Assembly (NCBI RefSeq): GCF_031769215.1
Contig: NW_026782161.1
Location: 496,001 to 560,000, forward strand
Direction: 5' to 3'
Length of the DNA stretch: 64,000 bases
Origin: Ylistrum balloti
Lineage: Eukaryota
The stretch's first letter is position 1; each line of letters starts with the position of its first letter. Positions 9,546 to 22,499 of the stretch are shown in pieces. The notes under the pieces are model-generated. The model searched no databases and was not told the DNA's origin. It saw nothing but the letters and a program-made list of their open reading frames with translations. The position numbers were made by a program, and so were the translations under genes.

Positions 9546-12500
9546 ATGGATGCAGCGAAGTCGACAACAACAACATCGGGATTTCAAATTCCTCTTTACG
9601 TTCTAGATGATTTATGCAGGTTTGTACAAAACGACGTTCTGAGCAGTTTTGCATTGAAATAACAGTATGAAATTCACGAACCTCAAAATAAAAGTAATCA
9701 GACTGCGAGTTTCAGAGCTTATAGTCATACCACGGACATGTATATCTATATTTAAGTCCGTGGTCATACTTAAGGGAATCAGGCGTTCTATAATCCGTGT
9801 TATTGTAGGATTTTTTTGCCAGTGAGTATCATTTCCGAAGTTTCAGTGAGTCCCGTTTCAACGAACGAGCTTCTTTTTCACACGAGTATATATTTTATTT
9901 AGAGATGCCTCATGATGATGCTTCTGACTGATTTATTTAATGATTGAATGACGTTAAGTTCTGGTTTATGAGATGTAAACGCCAAAGAGACTTGAGATCA
10001 GGTTTATGAACTCTTGAAATCATATACTCATTTGATACAAACATTTACTAGAATGAATCAAACTTCAAGAAAACATAACGGGTAGGTTGAATGAAAGGGA
10101 GATAATTTATCATAGGCGTTGGGAATAGCTACATGTACCTACACGAGTACTATCGAACGCTCATATGTCAATGACTGGAATTCGGTTCATTTCTCAAAAT
10201 TCATGCGACACACACAGAAAGGGTACGAGTCCATCACTCAGACATTTGATTCCAAAAGTTACTTATAATTGTAACCCTGGTAAAATACTAGCCGCAATAT
10301 ATCGCTCTGCTAGAGAGAACTTCTCTTTAGCTAGATTCGTTGAACCTCAGACTAGTAAGCCAGGGGCCCAAGGTTTGATTCCAAGCGAAGGCATTGAAAT
10401 TAATAATGACCTCTTCTACACCGGGGCCCATGCAGGGACCCAGGAATAGTACTTAGCCATGACCCACCAGCGTTACTTTCACAAGCACCGCTGTGATCCC
10501 TGGTCACTTGAGGACGAGTTATTTCCTTGAAAGGGAGTATGTAACCCTGGTAAAATACTGGCCACAATAGATCACTTGGCTAGAGAGAATTTCTCTTTAG
10601 CTCGATTTGTTGAGTATCAGACTAGTAAGCCAGGGGTCCCGGGGTCGATTCCTAGCAGAGGCGTTGAAATCAATAATGACCTCTGGTACATAATGTTTGG
10701 TAGCATAAAATACACATGTTTATATATGTCTCTGATTTTATGTATAGAATGTCTGATACCTGTTGTCATTCATTAATAGGCCAAATTAACTGGCCATATT
10801 TTCTAATACATGTAGTTGATTGGATTCTGGACTTATCCACGACCATAGGAATTGGACATTCTATATGTGAAACATTCAGTAGCTATTACAGATTCCTGCT
10901 ATTTTAGGAATATAATAGCTATATTTCATATATGGAATGTCCAATTCCTGTGCCCCAACTTATCCTGATCATCTGTCCAGCCTAGTACACAGCACTGTTC
11001 AGAATACTCTGTTTGTACATTATACTAAAGGGTGTAGAGCAAATGCCGTGCTTCTAGTAAAGTTAGAGTAGGTTCCAAGGTCCCTTGCTTGGATACCTCC
11101 AGGTATGCATGACAATTGAAGAGTAGTAAGGAACTAAGGGGTAAGAGGCAATCACAACAAGCTCAGGATACTAAAATTGTTATTTATTATTCTTCGTCTA
11201 CCGATTTCACTCGTAACATATGGGCTTCTTCAGGTCCTGACCTTGTTGCGATTGCCTCTTACCCCTTAGTTATACTACCATGGATGTGTTGACAGGTGTT
11301 GCAAGTGTATTTGATCAGTGCTGTAAAGTATTTGTTACACACAAACAATGGAAGTATAAACAATATCTTAATGTTCTTATACACAAGTCAGGGTAATAAT
11401 GAAATGTGGTACCACATCCATACAATATGTTCATTATGTACTGAGAACTGTAACCACAGGTTAGTTTTGAACATTTTGATTAAGGATGAAATGTGGTAAC
11501 ATATACTTTTTGAAAATTGTAAGTTGTGTTTGGGAAAAGTGAATAGCTGTTAATTTAATGAAATTGTGACCTTTTTTTTAACAGTCGATTCATTATCAAC
11601 ATCCCTGATGAAGAAAGACAGGACCTCATCAGAATATTTTTCCAGATAGAGCTGGCACATTGGTTTTACCTGGATTTCTATTGTGCTGAGAATCCAGAAC
11701 TCCGATCATGTGGAATAAAAGACTTCTCTGCACAAGATATCTTTTAAATATGAAAAGAAAGTGATTTTGTATAGAATAGCAGTATGCATCACACCAATTT
11801 TAGATATGTGAGACCAGATATTAGTGTTAATCCTATGATATCACACCTGCACATGCAAGTAAGCACTGTCTGTATGTCCTTTCGGATCACGAAATTATCA
11901 TTACTTATTTATTTTTTATTCTCTTAATGAGAAAAGAAGGTAATATAATCCCAGTAATGGATATTATTTAGGAAAACAATTTTTGAAATAAGAATGAAAA
12001 CTGGTAGATATATGTTCATGTATAATAATACTTTATCAAATTTTGAACCATGGCTTACACTGTTGGCAGAACTTATCATATACAGAAATATGCAAACAGA
12101 ACTTTACATACAAACATAAACATATATTTTTTCTGATAACATCATGAAAATTAAAAAAAAAAATCAGATATCTGTACTAAAGCCTCTACTGTGACTTACT
12201 GATGAATCTTTTTGAAAACCATTGAAGATCATCATCACATTCTGTCACAATCCATAAATTGCTCAACACTCGACATTTTTTCCCATTAAACCTAATTATG
12301 CAGGCCATAGTTGAAGAAATCTAATTATTGTTTCCTTAGCCTGTTTACTGTTCAAACATTGCCCATTTTTGAGTGGTCATGCAGGTGAAGTGGACAAGAT
12401 TCTGGAGAATTGGCGTACCTATAAGATGAGTGTTCCAACATATGGTGCCATCATGTTGGACCCTGAATTGAAATATGTGAGTGTTTCATGAACATAGTAC

Positions 12501-15500
12501 TTCATGATTTAATTGTTTTCCCAAATATAACACTCAGTATGTAGAACATTGTACACTGTTTTGAAAGATTGCTTGTGTTTTTGTAAAGAAGACATTTTAT
12601 TGGTGAAATTGTGGCCATAAATTAAGATCAGCAGTGACAGTGGATGAATGATGATGGTCAGTTTTATTAAGGGTTATTGAATGTTAAGGAAAGGAAACAG
12701 ACAAAGTTACTTTTATAGCCTCATTGAAGTTTGTGAAAAACTGTTCCTTCTGCTACATGTGATATCCTATAGAGGTCTATGTAGTCAGGTAACAGTTATG
12801 GCCCATGGGCCCTTTGTCAATAAGAAGAGGTATGATCATTATTGTAAACATACAGTATAGAAGAAAAATATGAGAAGACAGCATGGTCTTTTTCTTCCAT
12901 TGTAGGTTCTTTTAGTACAAGGGTTTTGGACCAAGAGTAGCTGGGGCTTCCCTAAAGGCAAAGTGAATGAAGAGGAGGCCCCTCATGATTGTGCTGTGAG
13001 AGAGGTAAATTTATAGTATAAAGTGTGCATTTGTACATATACATAATGTATATAAGTCTATATGTCATCACGGAATTCAAAGTCACAGGGTAGACTGAAC
13101 ATTTTATCAAATTATGAAGCGATTAGCTTGTTTATCAAATTTCAAATATCGGTAGCTGCTTTAAAAATTACAGTGGAAAATCACTGGATTGAGCATACAT
13201 TACCTAATAAGGACTCAAAATATGTAAAAGAAACCATTATCATATAGATGTTACATCCAATATGTAGATATAAAACAGAGGTTATTTCAAAAGAGGAATA
13301 GATACTGGGAATCCATTCAGTTTGGTAATTATATGTAGATATAAAACACAGGTTATTTCAAAAGAGGAATAGAAACTGGGAATCCATTCAGTTTGGTAAT
13401 TATGACAAGTTATTAAAGTGACAGTGACATCTGTTGCTGGGCAGGTATTGTCATGATAGAGAAGTACAAAAAAAGTTATAAGCACAAATTGGTTCTACAG
13501 AAAAACCTGATATGGTAGACTAGAGAAATGAAAAAATAATGCTTCTGAAATACGTTACAAATTGCTTTATATACATGTAACACTGGTCTATGGTCCGTCT
13601 GTCTGTAAACAATTTTTCAACAATTTTTTAGCAATTTTCATTATCTCTACTTCTTGAAAAGAATTGGATGGATCTTTCTTAAATATCATATATACCGGTA
13701 GGTTCATCTTGGTGCCTGGTTGTGCCCTTTTTAGAAATTAAATCTTATAGAATTAAGAGCTAAAGAAGTGGAAAGAATAGAAAAGAAGGGAAGATGACAC
13801 GATAGTGGCACGAAGATCTGGGATCTCTTGTTATATGTAATACATTTGGGTACACAATTTACCGTAGCTTCCACATGATTTTCAATTTGACGTGAAAACT
13901 TTCAAACATGTTTACACTTAAGGGACCATTGACTGTCATACAACAAGTATCTAATTATCCTCCCCTTGGCCCCATCCCATCTCACCCATCTCCTATGAAA
14001 GGGAGGAGAGGGGGTTTATAGTAGTCACTTTGTGTGTACATGTATGATCTCATAAACCCATGAACACATTTAGTTCATATTCTCATTAAAGCATCACAAA
14101 TGTCTGATTATACGATGGCCATCAGTCAAGGTTTATGCTCGAACACTTTTGAAATGACAAGCTTATGTATAAGATAAATGTACCTCATGAACTCCTTTAT
14201 GTGGATTAGCCCACAAGAGATTTACTGATTGATAAAAAGACAAAGGTGTGGGGTATATTCAAGCCCCTGTTCACTATGTTCTTACTTAAATTAAAAAGTT
14301 CAAGCATGAAAATGATACTGTATCTTACATGTACTTTTATGTAAGGATGTGATGTTATACATGTACTGGTGTGATTTCAATCTGTTCAGCTTTTAATTAG
14401 TAAAGATATTTTGTAAAACAAATGTATCAATCAATTTGCAAACATCATTCAAGACAGTCTTACACCGAAAGTAGAATATTTCAGGTTTTGATAATGTATT
14501 TAGTGTACTGAAAAATGCGTCTTTATATATGATACTCTTGTTAAATGGGGTTGGCCTTGTTCATCACAGGTTGAGGAGGAAACTGGATTTGATATAGTAA
14601 AACTTATCGACAAGAATGCCTTCTTAGAGAACCATTTCAATGACCAACTGACACGTTATATATATATCAACACGTCCCGAAAAGAAATCAAGGTACTGTA
14701 CTACAAATTTATTTAGCAATATTGTCTTGAGAAATATGAGAAAAGAAGAAAGTGATACCTAACACAGGGGAAGTTCTATGTATGCAGCCAAAGACACGAA
14801 AAGAAATCAAGGTACTGTACTACAAATTTATTTAGCAATATTGTCTTGAGAACTATAAAAAAAGAAGAAAGTGATACCTAACAGAATTGGACGGGGGAGG
14901 AATGGGGGGTGGAGAACCTATGTATGCAGCCTCGATGGGGGAAGAGTAGGGGTGGGAGAACCTGTGTTTGCAGCTTTGACAGGGGAAGAGTGGGGATGGG
15001 AGAACCTATGTATGCAGCCTCGACGGGGGAAGAGTGGGGATGGGAGAACCTGTGTATGCAGCCTCGACGAGGGAAGAGTAGGGGTGGGAGAACCTGTGTT
15101 TGCAGCTTTGATGGGGGAAGAGTGGGGATGGGAGAACCTGTGTATGCAGCTTTGACGGGGGAGACATTGGGGATGGAGAACCTGTGTATGCAGCTTTGAC
15201 GGGGGAAGAGTGGGGATGGGAGAACCTGTGTATGCAGCTTTGACGGTGGAAGAAGTAGAGGTGGGAGAACCTGCGTATGCAGCTTTGACGGGGGAGAAAT
15301 TGGGGATGGAAAACCTGTGTATGCAGCTTTGACGGGGGAAGAGTGGGGGTGGGGAAAAATGTGTATGCAGCTTTGACGGGGGAAGAGTGGGGATGGGAAA
15401 ACCTGTATATAAAGTCTTTTATCACATGTAATTCACAATATAGAAGGTATTCCTGTTATGAATCATTTTATGAGGAAAACATTTGAACTCGGTGCTTAGC

Positions 15501-18500
15501 CATCACGACTGCTTTATTTCTTATCTAGCTGTTGAATTGATTTACAGAGTTTGCAGTGGTTTCCAATTGAAGCTCTTCCAGCACACAAACATGACCAAAC
15601 CCCAAAGCAGCTAGGCTATAACCCAAACAACTTCTTCATGGTCATTCCATTTATCAAGTAAGTAGGCTGAGGATTGGACAATTTTATCAGTTTCAAATCA
15701 TAATTACATTTTACACTTTAATTAGTTGTGGTACACTATTGCTAAGAACTTGAATAGTTCAGATTGTTACACAACATTAACTAACCTGGCCACAGTTTCA
15801 CTCACCAGATAAAGATTGGACCTATCAGCCAAAAAGTTTGATATAGCAATAAAGTGACAACAGTATTGTAGAGTCAAAACAAAAATTAGAAAGTCTGGAA
15901 AGCAATTTCCTGGTCTTATGAAATCAGGCCAAATTACTTCAGATATGGTTTACGATTGCACCTTTTCTTTTGATATGAAAATTCAGTAATTTAAGGAAAC
16001 ATTGTAAAATTGTAATGAAAATAATAAAAAAATCATTAGCACACATTGTGTAACCCCCATACATAATCCAAAGCTTTACTGTACAATATGTACAGTATCT
16101 ATCTCAGTTTTCACTGATAGGTCTCCAATTTTAGCTGTACAGAATATGCATGCTTATCCTTTAACCAGAAATTAGTGACATCACAGTATGAAAAGGATGA
16201 GAATGAAAAGTGAGAATAATCACATACTCATAGAACATTGGAAACATCAGGTGCCTTTACTTATGTGTGTATATATGAATATATTTGTTATATTTACACT
16301 ATACATCAATGTATGTAATGAAACGGATATGAAATATCTGACACAGCATCACTGACAACACTATCATCATGTATTCCCTGGTTACACTTATATTCAGAAA
16401 TGTACCAACAACCACAGAATGATAAACTTGTACTTTATACATACTATGTATAACATATGTCTGATGTAAACATTTCTGTTTTAACATCTTCTATAACTGA
16501 AATGTGCCGGGCACTAGTGGTCTATAACAGAGAAACCTTTAACCTTGATATGTAATGTTTGCTTGTCCCTTGAGTAGAGCCTCAAGGTTGGACATTCAAG
16601 AATCCCACTCCGCGGGTTGAAAATTCTTTGTCACACCCTGAAGGTAGGAAAAGATTATATCATTGAAATCTTGTTTAACCAATACACAAATTGCAGATGT
16701 TAAGTGTTATAAATGTGTTCAGGATATTACTACACAATGATTTTTGTTGTTCAGACCATTGAGAAAGTGGCTTGCAGGGAGACAGAACCTGTTAGATACT
16801 GAACTTAACGAGTACAATAATGCCTCCCAACACAAGCAACAAAAGGGAGGTAGTGGAGGTGGTGATGTACGACACCACCGTGAAAAACAGAAACAAAAAC
16901 TACAACAGTTCTTTGCACAGCAAAATCAGCAGGAGTATCAGGATTACTTACAGCTGAAGGAAAATGATCCTCAATCCAGAGCAGATTCGGCTAATAAAGA
17001 TCTAAGGTCACGATCAGAATCTCCACGCAAAGAGCCGTACCATAAGGGAAGACACCAGGAGAACAGTGAACCATCACAAGGAAAAAAGGGATATCATATT
17101 ATGGTAAGTACCACATGTTTACTGGTTATTAGCTTAATATCTTATTTGATTGGATTTCTGTTTAAACATTTACAAGTAACAGGATCTTAAAGACCTTGGA
17201 GGTCGTAAATAATTTACTAGAGTTATTTCATTGGAAGAGTAGTATCATAAATGAGTTTGTAAGTGATGATTTGTGTTGTTTATTTAAGAAAAAACTCTAG
17301 AATTGTTACTGGTTTATATTTATATCAAGTTAGTGGTGAAAAATTTAATGTTTATTTATTTCTAACCAATTTCAGTACTATACATTCATAAGAAAATATA
17401 GATCTATACTCAGATTATATCTAATACTATTCTATAATCCCTGTATTATGGATAACAAGGTTGTATACTGCCATCTATACTTTTTCAATCTGTGTGTGTG
17501 TCCATAGATTACACCTTCATTTTCAGATGCACAAGAAAAAATTGAAGAGAGCAGATGGCTATTTTTAAATAATCTCTGAATAGTTTCTGAATTCAAATAA
17601 TGACAAATTGTTTTGGAAACAGGGCGCCTGAAGTACATGTATGGTTTTTTTGTTTTATTCTCTGAAATTTCAGTATCTACTAGGTAAAGTTTTGTTGTAT
17701 TTAACGAGTCTTATGAAATGCCATTAGCTGTATGGATGTTTGGATGATTTCTTAATATCACTCTTCAGGACACTGACAGGCGACTTACTTTAGAATGATA
17801 CTCTCCGGCGCGATTTGTCTCCCTGATGATTCTAGATGTTATGCTTGAAACAATTACTGTGTTTTACTGATTGGTGTAATATATACCTAAGTACAATGTA
17901 GGAGATCAATCCTATATGTTGTTACACCACTTGTACCTGTGCAGGTGATTAGTCCACAGTATTTAACATGTGTACAGATTTGAATTTGATAAGTGAGTGA
18001 AAACTGTTAATTGTTCGGCATTTGAATTTGTGATGCCAGATAAAATAAATAGTAATCTTTCTTAAATCTGTTACACATAAATTTCAGAATCGTGACGGTA
18101 CTATTAGCGGATCTTCCAGAAGAAGTTTAAATCCACAATTTGAAAACAGTCCAGGTAATTGCAAGTCTTAATTATTACTTATTGCCCTTTGATAAAATGT
18201 CCATAGCTTAACTTTGCTTTTATTTAATCAAGGATGATGAAACTTGGTGTATATATAGGTCATACAATAACAACATGTAGTGTACTAAATTTATAGCTAT
18301 TAACCCCTTAAGTACAGAATTATTGCCCATTGATAAAATTTTGTTCTGATAAAAGTTGTTTTCGGGTGGCATTTATCAGTTTCAAAGATACTCTTGTTTG
18401 GTTTGTATTGCTGTATTTTAGAATTAGATTGGTTTGTATTGCTGTATTTTAGAATTAGATTGGTTTGTATTGCTGTATTTTAGAATTAGATTGGTGTGTA

Positions 18501-19656
18501 TTGCTGTATTTTAGAATTAGATTGGTGTGTATTGCTGTATTTTAGAATTAGATTGGTTTGTATTGCTGTATTTTAGAATTAGATTGGTTTGTATTGCTGT
18601 ATTTTATAATTAGATTGGTTTGTATTGCTGTATTTTAGAATTAGATTGGTTTGTATTGCTGTATTTTAGAATTAGATTGGTGTGTATTGCTGTATTTTAG
18701 AATTAGATTGGTGTGTATTGCTGTATTTTAGAATTAGATTGGTTTGTATTGCTGTATTTTAGAATTAGATTGGTTTGTATTGCTGTATTTTAGAATTAGA
18801 TTGGTTTGTATTGCTGTATTTTAGAATTAGATTGGTTTGTATTGCTGTATTTTAGAATTAGATTGGTGTGTATTGCTGTATTTTAGAATTAGATTGGTGT
18901 GTATTGCTGTATTTTAGAATTAGATTGGTTTGTATTGCTGTATTTTAGAATTAGATTGGTGTGTATTGCTGTATTTTAGAATTAGATTGGTGTGTATTGC
19001 TGTATTTTAGAATTAGATTGGTGTGTATTGCTGTATTTTAGAATTAGATTGGTGTGTATTGCTGTATTTTAGAATTAGATTGGTTTGTATTGCTGTATTT
19101 TAGAATTAGATTGGTTTGTATTGCTGTATTTTAGAATTAGATAAATGTAATACATTGCAAAATATTTGTTACATTGAAAACAAAATGGTGAAAAAAGTCA
19201 ATAGAATTCAACGGAATGTCTTTGTTATATGACACTGGTTGATTTTTTGAAAAAAATATTTTTGTAGATTTCTGTTATTTTATATAACCATAATGTATTA
19301 TAAATTTTCATGAGTTGAACTAATTGTTCCTCATGTTTGTATGTCTGTGTTGTTTTCTGAATGCCATTTATTTATGTTTAACAGGTCAAAAACAAGGACA
19401 GTCATATGATAGCAGAAACAGGCTTCCCACTGTGGTATTTGACAGAACACAACCTCCACCTAGTCTCCCCGTGAAATCCCAGCATGACAGGAATAACTCC
19501 AATAACACACATCACATAAACTCTCCACATAGCAAAGGACAGTTTGTCCAAAAAAAGCATAAATATGTTAAAATCACAGACCCTGACGGCCTTGGGTCAG
19601 AGACATGGCTCAACTTCAGTTTTGACGTGTCAGCCATCATGGCCTGTGTTCAGTGA
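9546..19656 (+). CDS. DCP2: mRNA-decapping enzyme 2 (Box A + Nudix hydrolase), 9 coding exons, ~457 aa
   Basis: Exons 9546-9619, 11585-11736, 12349-12476, 12906-13004, 14570-14692, 15548-15657, 16755-17103, 18088-18154, 19385-19656 (1374 nt, in frame). Motifs [39 protein letters not shown], Nudix box [37 protein letters not shown]. Intron 2 is AT-AC; exon 5 is anomalous (see findings). Confidence 0.96.
10270..10690 (+). mobile_element. Complete miniature non-autonomous LTR retrotransposon (TRIM) with tRNA-like sequence in its LTRs (Helenus-like)
   Basis: LTRs 10270-10420 and 10540-10690 (151 bp each, TGTAAC...TACA, ~24 ungapped mismatches by hand count). TSD TAAT at 10266-10269 and 10691-10694. 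PBS-like cggggcccatgcagggac at 10422-10439. PPT gaaagggag just before the 3' LTR. A-box/B-box tRNA-like segment in each LTR. Confidence 0.88.
11122..11279 (-). mobile_element. Inverted repeat enclosing a decayed hammerhead-ribozyme-like core; probable Penelope-like terminal remnant
   Basis: 30-bp arms 11132-11161 and 11242-11271 (1 mismatch), extendable to ~45 bp. Minus strand reads CTGAAGAAGCCC-atatgttac-GAGTGAAATCGGTA, then AATAAA. Confidence 0.45.
11737..12348 (+). other. U12-type (minor spliceosome) AT-AC intron, DCP2 intron 2
   Basis: 5' end ATATCTTTT at 11737, branch-site-like TTCCTTAGC at 12332-12340, 3' end AC at 12347-12348. Splicing gives KDFSAQ-V-FKHCPF, co-linear with human RDFAKAVFSHCPF. 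There is no GT donor at the end of exon 2. Confidence 0.9.
13261..13400. repeat. ~70-bp tandem duplication (2 copies)
   Basis: tatgtagatataaaac.caggttatttcaaaagaggaataga.actgggaatccattcagtttggtaat occurs twice, in DCP2 intron 4. Confidence 0.85.
14895..15410. repeat. G-rich minisatellite, 44-bp unit, ~11-12 copies (DCP2 intron 5)
   Basis: agaacc recurs at 15001, 15045 and 15089; unit gggggaagagtggggatgggagaacctgtgtatgcagctttgac. Confidence 0.95.
18398..19141. repeat. Minisatellite, 31-bp unit, ~24 nearly identical copies (DCP2 intron 8)
   Basis: Unit ttggt(t/g)tgtattgctgtattttagaattaga; essentially one variable position. Confidence 0.97.
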
Positions 19657-22499
19657 AGTTTTTGTGATATGTAAAGCTTAACAGGGTGTTAAGGCATGCT
19701 TTAAAAGGACATGGAATGTGAGATTGTGAGCTAGTTAGTCTTGAATACATGAAATCACAGGTGCTTGTCTGTGTTTACAGTGGTTAGATGGATGTTTAAA
19801 GGTGGTTTTCTGGTAACCTGTGATTTACTAATAAGGAAGTGATATTTTGATAGTAAGTAAAGAAAGTATCAAGGACATATACTTAGTTTAAATGTAAGGA
19901 AATGTAGTGGGCGTGATATTCTTAGTCATTTGTAAAGGTGCTTAGTATGTATGATATTTTATACATAAAGTGTCAAAAATGTTTCTAAGCAACTTGTTGA
20001 TTTATAAAAAGAATTATATAAAATTGACCACACTCTTGTTTTCTATTATGAAAATCATTATTCACAACTGTATTTCATCAGATACGTCCTGTAGGTTAGA
20101 GTTCATAAGCTAATGTATACTGTTTGACAACATTATTTCACACCATTAATTTACTGTTGAAAAAAAATAAAAAATGACTGACTACTGATCGTCTAAGGAA
20201 GAAATGGTGGCACCATGACTGAATGTAAAAATACACAGCAGAGATGTAAAATTCTTGTGTGTTGATGACCATCATTCAGTATTTCAGTGACTAGTACTCT
20301 TATCAATATAGTATAACAGTAAGTACAGTGAAAACAGACTGTACATCTTAAAAGAGACTGGCCTTATGACTGTGTTAATTCTGTGTTCAGATACAATTTA
20401 ATTTCCTTCCTTGATTACTTCTATTCATTATTATATGGAGACAAATCTTTATAATTGATGGAAGTCATAATGTAAGCAGAGGATAATTTTTGAGGATCTC
20501 TTTAAAAATGTTTGATATCACTATATTGACTGGAGAAGTTTTGAGTGGGTATATAAAATACTAACCCTGTACGTAATATTCTGTACTATATTTAAGGTGT
20601 AAGTATCTTGTAACTGTTACATGTATTCATTAACATATAGGAGATGGATCTCTATCAAAGTGCAATTAAAATTCCAATACATAGTAATGTACTGTAATTA
20701 TCTTACAAGCCTTAGTTTCAACACAACTAACTTAACATATCCCTGATGAACTGCAATTTTTACAAAAAATCTGGATTAATTTCTTTGTTTTACAGTAACT
20801 ATAATTATCTAAAAAGTGAATTGGTTTCAGCAGTCCAGCCTAAAGGGCTAGTAAACTTATGCAGTGATCCAACATACTTCCGTCCGTTTTCAACTTTTGA
20901 AAATTAAACAGTTTTTTTCAATAACAAAAACCTTGGGTACGGATATTGGGCGTGTAGCATGAAAGAAAAAATATTCAAAACAGAAAACTGGATATCTGTT
21001 TCATCTTTTTTTATTTTCATAGGCATGTATTTAACATAAATATTTTAATTACATTATTCATATGTTGATTCTTCCATTCAAACAATCTTACACCACTTGT
21101 ATACGCTGTTTAGTGCTTCTGATATTGAAAATAACAAAATGACTCTTCCTTATAATAAATTACGGCTTTTGAAATTAGAATTTATGGCTCAACCCCTTTG
21201 TACCCCTTGAAAAGGGGTCAGAAAAACAGATACTGATTAAAGTCTGATCATGTCAGAATACAAACTTACTCATTTTAGATAACAAGCACTGTACGAGGTT
21301 ACACATTCTATATTCCCAAAAAAATAAATAGCGAGAGCTGGACATTGTATTCAGGAATAAGAATGACACATCTTGGGTAAAGTAAATTGCAAAACATTCT
21401 TCTTAAGTATGTTCTTCAAATATTCTTTCGCATTGTCTGGTAAAATTCAATTAAAAAATTATGAATAATATTTTTACAATTTTAGTTTTTGAAAGAATGA
21501 TGTACAATTAAAAAAGACAATTAAAAACAATACAAAATGTACAATGTGAGGAGAGTGTGTGGTAATTGTAAATGTCAAAATGCTTGTGAAATATGAAATG
21601 TTATGCTATTTTTTGTGAATGTATTTGTGTAGGTACGTGTAATGATATGTGTACAGATGATTTATCAGTGACAGTGCGGATGATGTGTATCAAAATGAAC
21701 GCCCTCCTGTGTGAGGACATGTTTAGAATTGTTCTTTACTTAAAAAAAAAAAAAATCAAAACAATCTTGGTGGGTTTTAGAAAAGTAAATGACACCGGCA
21801 TTAAATCTAAATGACAGTAATCAAACCATGGAATATCACTTTGCAGTTTTAGTACAGCAAATAATTACGTCTGTAAAATGATAAATTGATCTGTTTCACA
21901 TCATGGCACTTGCAAAATGATACAGCTTATAACATGAAAAACAATGGCATCTTATATCTAACATTGTGTTACAATGTATACGACAATGTACAACTATATA
22001 ATTATGTATCAGAATGTATACTGTCAAACATACAGTAGTAATTTTGATTTAATTTGTCAACCATTAAATCAAAGTGACTTTAGAAATACTTATTACCTGT
22101 ACTACAAAAATGGCACTGCATCATTGAAGCATCTCCTACACATTCCTGGTATTCTAAATTCCAACATTCCACACAAATTCTGTCAATAATACAATTAATA
22201 TTATTTGAATCAGTGTCAACACTTGTATTGTCAGTTGCGTTGCGTAACAACTCTGAATTACTGGAGCCATGGAAACAAGAATAACGGAAAAATTGTCATT
22301 TGTCAACAAGGACACATTTAAGAGAATACATGTGAAGAACTCGTACATAACAAAGATCCCAGTGGTTCTTACATGAAGCTGCCTTTGTTGACATCTTGAC
22401 TTACACTAATGTACATTTACGGAACAAACAATTATCACGATATATTTAACAGCAAGTTTGAATTATTTCCATGATAGGAAATAAAACAAATAAGGCCAA

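Noticed and set aside
10320-10395. Functional tRNA-Thr genes at 10.3, 10.6, 40.4 and 56.1 kb
   Set aside because: Acceptor, D and T stems are broken and the sequences are embedded in LTRs; they are treated as tRNA-derived parts of a mobile element.
14871-15425. ORFs of 94-139 aa in the 44-bp repeat
   Set aside because: They are translations of an intronic minisatellite in several frames on both strands.
18398-19141. CRISPR-like array (also considered for the other regular repeats)
   Set aside because: Units are head to tail with no unique spacers, there are no cas genes, and the context is eukaryotic and intronic.
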